DNA from: Eledone cirrhosa | Lineage: Eukaryota | Direction: 5' to 3' | DNA: 64,000 nt | Assembly (NCBI GenBank): GCA_964016885.1 | Contig: OZ024749.1 | Span: 38,502,001-38,566,000, forward strand | Shown here: positions 56,541-64,000 of the stretch, one piece after another | Layout: every line of letters starts with the position of its first letter | Position numbering within the stretch: the stretch's first letter is position 1 | Made by a program: the position numbers and the translations under genes | The notes under the pieces: model-generated | Seen by the model: only the letters and a program-made list of their open reading frames with translations | Database searches by the model: none | Told to the model about the DNA's origin: nothing

Positions 56541-57244
56541 TCCTTCAATCTATCTCAGCTTCAAACTACCTTTACATTTAATAATTACTTTTTATTATTT
56601 TTCTTCTCTCCTTCTTCATCACTCCCTCTCCACCCCACCCCACCCCACCCCACCCCACCCTATCGCTCTGTTTTCAGTCTGCCCTTACATCTAATAATTA
56701 CCTTTAACACTCTCAATAAAATCGCAGTAAAAACCAAAGATCTTAGGAGGGTCTTAGGAGACGAAACCGTATTAAATCTTGAAAGGAAATCCAGGCCACA
56801 AATTGAATGGTTCCTAATTGAAACAGATCCTGGATTACACATGAATTTCATTAGGAAAGAGAGAAGGATGTATTTAATTGGTTGCAGGTATAGCTGTGTT
56901 GGTATGGATGGAGGTACAGGCATGACTGTGTGGTTAACGAGATTGTTATGAATCCATATGTATGGTTACGTGCTCGATTTCACGGTGCGGCATTTTGGTA
57001 AAGTCTTTTCTAACATAGCAACGGATTGACAAGTAATTTCTGAATGGATTTATACAGAAGACCCCTCAACTCACACACACACGCACACATACACACACAC
57101 ACACGCACACATACACACACACACGCGCACATATACACACACACACACACACACACGCACACATACACACATACACGCACAGATACATACACATACACAC
57201 ACATATATATCTTTTTTCCTTTGCTTTTTCTTCGGAAATACTTA

Positions 57245-57275
<31 letters not shown>

Positions 57276-57573
57276 ATCTGTTATTTTAATAAATATATAT
57301 ATATGTATATATATATATTCACATAATTTAAAATTGCTGTTAAATTAATGAAAATAACAGGTGTAAACACATTTTTGTTACCTCTCCTTACGGAGGTAGT
57401 AACAGAATGTGTGCATACTCTTGTTCATTTTCACAGCGAGGTTTATAATTTAAAAGCAGTAGTTATATATCTACATTTAATTCATATTAGGCCTTCTAAT
57501 ATACGCGTTCTTGTGCATAAATATTATGTATCAATGTATATATTTATATATATATATGTATATATTCATATAT

Positions 57574-57659
<86 letters not shown>

Positions 57660-57823
57660 CAGCAAAGGGTATAAACGGTGCTTTTCAAACGAAGTCCTTG
57701 TCACAATCATCGTCATAAATTTCATGAAGCTGATTGTCAACAAACTCAACGATACATAACTGGAAATGTGATTCTAGCGAATCCAAAAACATAGTTTTCG
57801 GTGACATAATATAGTTTTAACCT

Positions 57824-57893
57824 GAAGAAGAAGAAGAAGAAGAAGAAGAAGAAGAAGAAGAAGAAGAAGAAGAAGAAGAAGAAGAAGAAGAAG

Positions 57894-57940
<47 letters not shown>
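57824..57940. repeat. Compound (GAA)n(CAA)n microsatellite
   Basis: Seen directly. Confidence 0.97.
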
Positions 57941-58333
57941 AAATAACAAGACTACTACAACAATAACAACAAAAAAACAAAAAAACAACATATCTGAAAA
58001 AAGGATGTTTAAACGCCAAAGAGACAAAAGGTGTGTGTTAATGAGGGAGATTGATTAAAAGTCTATTTAAAAGCAATTAATTCGGTGTTGTGTGAGAATT
58101 AAATGTGATGTTGACTAAACAATAAATTGATTCGGTTAGAATCAAAGACAATATTTTTTAAGATGTCTGACCGAGCGTAAATTTCGTTTCTCTTCTGAAG
58201 TTGCCTTAATTACGAATTAAACGCCACAAACAGCGGTGGTACAATATATATTGCTTTGTTGTGATATTTGGGGTTGTATTATGTTATATAATGTCACATT
58301 ATACATACATACTTACGAGGCGTACATACATGC

Positions 58334-58374
<41 letters not shown>

Positions 58375-58453
58375 AAAGTACCTCCATAGAATCCTTTGAT
58401 AAAATATATATCTATGGCTCTGTCTAGTTTATGTTTATGTATATGTAAATCTA

Positions 58454-58567
<114 letters not shown>

Positions 58568-58579
58568 TTACATATATAC

Positions 58580-59150
58580 ATGGTGGCTGCCAACTCGTTT
58601 TCGAGTACGGCCACTACTTTATATCCATGTAGGAGAACCCCTACCGATGCGCTGAACGAGTGTGACTTTTTAGTCCAGCCAGCGACTTGAAAACTCTGGT
58701 ACAAACACTACACCTGTGACAATTATTGACACATAGTGCTGGGCCCATGGTACCATGTGATGACAAGTGCAGAGAGATCTCCAGATATAAGGCAATGCCT
58801 GTGCCGTGAAGCTTTTATAGTGAGCAAAGGCACTGCACAAAGCCAGTCCCACTCTCTTAACCAAGATGATATTTACCAAAAAGAAGAACAAGTCAACATC
58901 ATTGGATACCATCAGAGTTGCAGGTGTTATATCAGTTTTCCTTCTCCTAGAATTCTGCCTTGACAAAGGCTAAGGGGTCATCTCTCCCGGTGATTTTGGA
59001 TGGCTATTGACTCTTAAGAGCTCCTTTGCTCTTTGACACGTTTTGTTTTTAGTCCTGCAGGATGTCCAAAGTCACCCTCCTCACCAAGAAGCCTAGGTGG
59101 GGTTGCTAGTTTAGTCGCCAACGGCCCGACCATGAGACAGGTTGTACTGG
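58580..59150 (-). mobile_element. (TATG)n-tailed RTE-related non-autonomous element
   Basis: Longest of three copies. Confidence 0.78.
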
Positions 59151-59274
59151 AATACATACATACATACATACATACATACATACATACATACATACATACA
59201 TACATACATACGTATATACATACGTACATACATACATACGTACGTAAGTACATACATAATTAATCTAGAACGGT

Positions 59275-59448
59275 TTTCCCAAGAGGAACAGAAGAGAACC
59301 AAAGTTAAATAAGGTACTCAATACATCAGTAGAGAAGATAAATATTTATTTCCTATAGAAAAGGTGAAATGACTTCTACAGTATTAAAACTGTTTCATTC
59401 GTTTGATTTCAAACGAATGAAACAGATTTAGTCATGTAGAATTCATTT
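59275..59448 (-). mobile_element. Family A fold-back element
   Basis: aaatgacttctaca..ctgtttcattcgtttga / tcaaacgaatgaaacag..tgtagaattcattt, plus tail with tattgagtac. Confidence 0.78.
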
Positions 59449-59793
59449 TTGGCCGCCCTCTCATCTCTCGGTATTTTCAGCCCCATGGATTGTGTCTATT
59501 ATATTCCTTTGTTAAATTTCGAATTTCGAATACCTGAGGATGTCACCGGATTCATACACCAGTCCAGCCTCTTGTTATTTTATAATTATTTTATTATATA
59601 TATATATATATAATAAAATAATTATAAAATAACAAGAGGCTGGACTGGTGTATGAATCCGGTGACATCCTCAGGTATTCGAAATTCGAAATTTAACAAAG
59701 GAATATAATAGACACAATCCATGGGGCTGAAAATACCGAGAGATGAGAGGGCGGCCAAAGATTTAGCAGTTTCCAGTCCGGTTGGCCGCCCTC
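59448..59793. mobile_element. Family D tail-to-tail palindrome (~310 bp)
   Basis: 59448-59759 self-complementary around (TA)n at ~59603. Confidence 0.88.
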
Positions 59794-59870
59794 AATACAA
59801 TCATAACTATATACATGCATACATAGATACATAGATACATCGGTAAGTAGGTACATACATACATACATAC

Positions 59871-60433
59871 ATGGTGGTGGCTGCCAACTCGTTTTTGAGT
59901 ACGGCCACTACTTTATATCCATGTAGGAGAACCCCCACGGATGCGCTAAACGAGTGTGACTTTTTAGTCCAGCCAGCGACTTGAAAACTCTGGCACAAAC
60001 ACCACACTTTTGACAATTATTGACACATAGTGCTGGGCCCATGGTACCATCTGACGACAAGTGCAGAGAGATCTCCAGATATAAAGCAATGCCTGTGCTG
60101 TGAAGCTTTTATAGTGATCAAAGGCACTGCACAAAGCCAGTCCCACTCTCTTAACCAAGATGATATTTACCAAAAAGAAGAACAAGTCAACATCATTGGA
60201 TACCATCAGGGTTGCAGGTGTTATATCAGAGTTTTCCTTCTCCTAGAATTCTGCCTTGACAAAGGCTAAGGGGTCATCTCTCCCGGTGATTTTGGATGGC
60301 CATTGACTCTTAAGAGCTCCTTTGCCCTTTGACAGGTTTTGTTTTTAGTCCTGCAGGATGTCCAAAGTCACCCTCCTCACCAAGAAACCTTGGTGGGGTT
60401 GCCAGTTTAGTCGCCAACGACCCGACCATGAGA
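59871..60433 (-). mobile_element. (TATG)n-tailed RTE-related non-autonomous element
   Basis: Near-identical to 58580-59140. Confidence 0.78.
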
Positions 60434-60504
60434 CATACATACATACATACATACATACATACATACATACATACATACATACATACATACATACATACAT
60501 ACAT

Positions 60505-60825
60505 GAGGGCGGCCAACTGGACTGGAAACTGCTAAATATTTGGCCGCCCTCTCGTCTCTCGGCCATTCCAGCCCCATGGATTGTGTCTATTTGTTAAATT
60601 TCGAATACCTGATGATGTCACCGGATTCATACTGAACCCGGTCATTGAAATGTTCATAGTATAATAAACCTTTAAGGAATTACACCAGCACAACCTCTTG
60701 TTATTTTATAATAATTAACTCCGTACTCGCACCACCAACAACACAAACGAAGACGGGTGAGTTTCATTACGTCGAGTGCTCTCCCTAATATTACATCAGG
60801 GTTGACTATACGGAATGACTAGATA
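60505..60825 (+). mobile_element. Family D HHR element
   Basis: 5' hairpin gagggcggccaa/ttggccgccctc, HHR, tail with gagtgc then (TA)n. Confidence 0.75.
60605..60662 (+). ncRNA. Type I hammerhead, family D
   Basis: atac CTGATGA(60609-60615) ..accggattca/tgaacccggt.. GAAA(60647-60650) tgttca TA gtat. Confidence 0.72.
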
Positions 60826-61373
60826 TATATGTATATATATATATATGTTCATACATGAAATAAAGACGCTACCCAAGATTTCAAGACACAAATTTGAGCA
60901 TACCTCCAGAATACAAGAAGGCACAAAATAGTGGCGTTTCTTCAGGCGCTTATATGACTTCATAAGATACCGTTTTCCTTTTTTACCTTTTCACACCTAT
61001 GGTTATCACTACATTTATATATATGTATATATTTATGTATGTATGTGTGTGTGTATATGTATGTGTGTGTGTGTATATATCTATGTGTGTGTGTGTGTGT
61101 GTGTCAAGATAGAGGTACAAACTAAAGAAAAAGGCGCAATCTAGAGAAAATACGGAAGAGCATTGGCATAAAATTCGTTCTTATTTCATTTGTCCTCCAA
61201 TGCATGTAATGACATAAAAATGGCCACCTCTTGAAACCGGTATTATAAATATATATATATATATATATATATAAATTTTTCGGCTCTGTTTCATAACATT
61301 GAACTATATCTTATACTGTCATTTCTCTAATACGACGAGTGTGTTTAACTCTAATGCACTCAAGTATTTTTAT

Positions 61374-61418
<45 letters not shown>

Positions 61419-61476
61419 GGTATAGAAATTGTTTTAGCGAGAAGCTAACAGTATTCTATAATATATATATATATAT

Positions 61477-61720
61477 TAGGAAAAAAGATGAAATCGAAAA
61501 TGCAACTGGAGTCTTATTTTTTAAAAAAATATATATTTATTTGGTTCCTTTACCGGTTTCGCAGTTCTTCTGCTTTTCAAAAGTAGAGTTGAGATGGAGG
61601 GTCTGTGGTTTTTCTCACATCCAGTTGCATTTCGATTTCATCTTTTTTCCTTATACTTTCACTCGTGTAGGACACCTCGGTTATTTTTCATTTTGTAAAA
61701 AAAACCTCACTTTCTAATAT
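61477..61720. mobile_element. Inverted-arm element enclosing a U3-A8 hammerhead
   Basis: aggaaaaaagatgaaatcgaaaatgcaactgga (61478-61510) versus its reverse complement at 61620-61652. Confidence 0.75.
61548..61583 (-). ncRNA. Minimal hammerhead, U3-A8 core variant
   Basis: Reverse complement reads ctt TTGAAAA gcag-aagaa-ctgc GAAA ccgg TA aag. Confidence 0.68.
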
Positions 61721-61734
61721 ATATATATATATAT

Positions 61735-61915
61735 ATATTGTTATACTTGGGGAGGGTCATACCTGTGTAATACTGCCAGAATTAATAACAGAACATACTC
61801 ACTGTTTGGTTGGTTTTCGCTTCTCGCTTCTGTGTCTTTTATATCGGTAATCTAATATACTCGGTCCTCAATGTTGCCATTGACTGACCGGCGGTCAAAA
61901 ATAATACAGATACAA
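61735..61915 (+). mobile_element. Family E element
   Basis: Collinear with 16540-16905. Confidence 0.7.
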
Positions 61916-62792
61916 TATAGACACAAACACATATATATAGTTTATCATAAATCTTTCGTTGCACATCTGCAACATCGTCAGTGGTGCTATATTTTCCTCC
62001 TGCTATATATATAGGTATACGAGTTATCGTTTTCAGTCAGTCTAGTTCAAGAGTTAGATTAACTCTTATTGAGGACTGTTTCAGCATAGAGTGGTTTTTG
62101 ACTCAACAAAACGTTTACTTCGGGAGCTCGGTCGTAGGGTGATCCTTAGATGGTTCCGTAATCAGTAATCCTTGGAGTAGTTATTATATATATATATAGA
62201 ATATGTATTTGGTATATAAAAAATATACCGTGTTTCTTATACGATATATAGCTCTTTCTCTCTCTCTATATATACACATTTTTCATTTGATTATATATAT
62301 ATATATGTGTGGGTGTGTGTGTATGTGCGTTTGTTTATCTATAAATATATATATGTAGACAGAGAGCGAGGGAAGGGGGGAGTGTGTGTGTGTGCGTGTG
62401 TGTGCGCGCGAGCGTATGTGTGTGTATGTGTGTGTGTGTGTATGTGCAACAATGAAAAATAGAAAGATGAGAATCAAAATGGTAACTTGATTAAGAAAGC
62501 TAAGTGTGAGCACACACGCACTCGCACACACAGACACACAAAGCCAGACAGGCACACAGACACATGCAAAGACTCACACATACACCCAGGCGCACAAACA
62601 CACATACATCCATGCTTGTTTATAACAACCTGCATGAAAATACATGCACGAAGCATGCATAAAAAATATCTATTTATATATGAGCGTGTGTATTTATGTA
62701 AATGCATAAATATATACAAACACATACACACAAACATAGACACGCGCATACACACACACATACATACACACGTATATATATATGTATATATA

Positions 62793-62888
<96 letters not shown>

Positions 62889-62984
62889 ATATATAAAGGG
62901 TCGTCAAGTATGTAATTTGTAGAAATTTGTAGAACAAAAACAAATTTCTGCAAATTTCATACTTGATGACCAAATATATATATA

Positions 62985-63156
62985 TAACGAAAGAAGTGTG
63001 GTAAGGAACCAGGTGGACCATAACGAACCAGAGTATTCAATACTTAGGGTAGTTGAGTGGGTAATAGGAACGAGTAGGACCCCGACGGCTGAGCTCAAGC
63101 CAGAAATAACCGTCGAAACGGCTTGAGCTCAGCCGTCGGGGTCTTGAACATTTTCC

Positions 63157-63160
<4 letters not shown>
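62985..63160 (-). mobile_element. Family B fold-back element
   Basis: GAAAcggcttgagctcagccGTCggggtc at 63116-63143 and its inverted copy. Confidence 0.88.
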
Positions 63161-63225
<65 letters not shown>

Positions 63226-63249
63226 ATATATATATCATTCTTAATATAT

Positions 63250-63440
63250 AAATGACTTCTACCAGACGAGAACTGTTTCATTCAAAATAAATCATCAAGG
63301 AAGCTTTCCTGGCGATTTTCTTTTCAATGAAACAGTTCTAGTCCTGTAGAAGCCATTTCTATATTAAGCATAATTTTTACACTCTACTACTGTATTGAGT
63401 ACCGTACCTCCTGTGGTTACCCCCCGATTATACCCGGGTT
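63250..63440 (+). mobile_element. Family A fold-back element with two degenerate HHRs
   Basis: Centre ~63305; right arm ttc CTGGCGA..GAAAcagttctagtcctgTAgaag. Confidence 0.8.
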
Positions 63441-63573
63441 GCACACACACACACGCATACACACACACACACGCACACACACATACACACGCACACACAC
63501 ACACGCACGCACATATATATATGTGTGTGTGTGTGTCTGTGTGTGTGTGTGTATGTATGTATATATATATATA

Positions 63574-63795
63574 TAACGAAGGAAATGTGGTAAGGAAGCA
63601 GGTGGACCATAACGCACCAAAGTACTCAATACTTAGGGTAGTAGAGTGGGTAATAGGAACGAGTAGGACCCCGACGGCTGAGCTCAAGCCGTTCCGACGG
63701 CTAATTCTGGACTAAAAAAAAAAAAAAAAAAAATGTTTTTTAAAAGAATTAGCCGTCGAAACGGCTTGAGCTCAGCCGTCGGGGTCCTACTCGTT

Positions 63796-63800
<5 letters not shown>
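63574..63800 (-). mobile_element. Family B fold-back element with poly-A spacer
   Basis: Arms 63652-63707 and 63746-63800. Confidence 0.88.
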
Positions 63801-63848
<48 letters not shown>

Positions 63849-64000
63849 ATATATATATATATGTGTGTGTGTGTGTATGTATGTACATGAGTGTGTGCGC
63901 ATGCGTGCATACACATACAGACATAAAAATAGTGTACACCTGCCTCAGGGGACTAGACAATTGCTCAAATGTAGATGACTGTTGATGACGCAGCTAGTCT

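Noticed and set aside
56720-56951. Complex C-terminal part of the 375-aa ORF as a host exon
   Set aside because: No recognisable domain or clear splice signals; the rest of the ORF is CT repeat.
58980-59150. HDV-like ribozyme at the RTE-related 5' end
   Set aside because: Could not build the nested double pseudoknot manually.
60930-60975. Degenerate HHR-like text (also 61220-61245, 62065-62115, 7150-7210)
   Set aside because: Too many core or stem defects to call by eye.

Overview
AT-rich, microsatellite-saturated eukaryotic DNA. The SINE and LINE families resemble those of octopod cephalopods (recognised from memory, not searched). No host protein-coding exon can be supported; almost all listed ORFs are translations of microsatellites. 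The window holds about 20 copies of one tRNA-derived SINE and decayed fragments of Tx1/L1-like, R4/Dong-like and RTE-like LINEs. The notable signal is at least a dozen type-I hammerhead-ribozyme (HHR) motifs from about 10 unrelated sequence families, read by eye (stem I - CUGANGA - stem II - GAAA - stem III - NUH). Most sit in short non-coding elements inserted into (TA)n, many of them fold-back (inverted-arm). One 3.3-kb palindromic member keeps the C-terminus of a Penelope-like GIY-YIG endonuclease, tying the set to Penelope-like retroelements (PLEs). Fold-back points repeatedly fall on ribozyme landmarks (predicted cleavage site, palindromic loop). Unrelated families share a GAGTRC tail motif. 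One element looks like a permuted 476-nt retrozyme-type monomer. All folds are manual and no activity has been tested.
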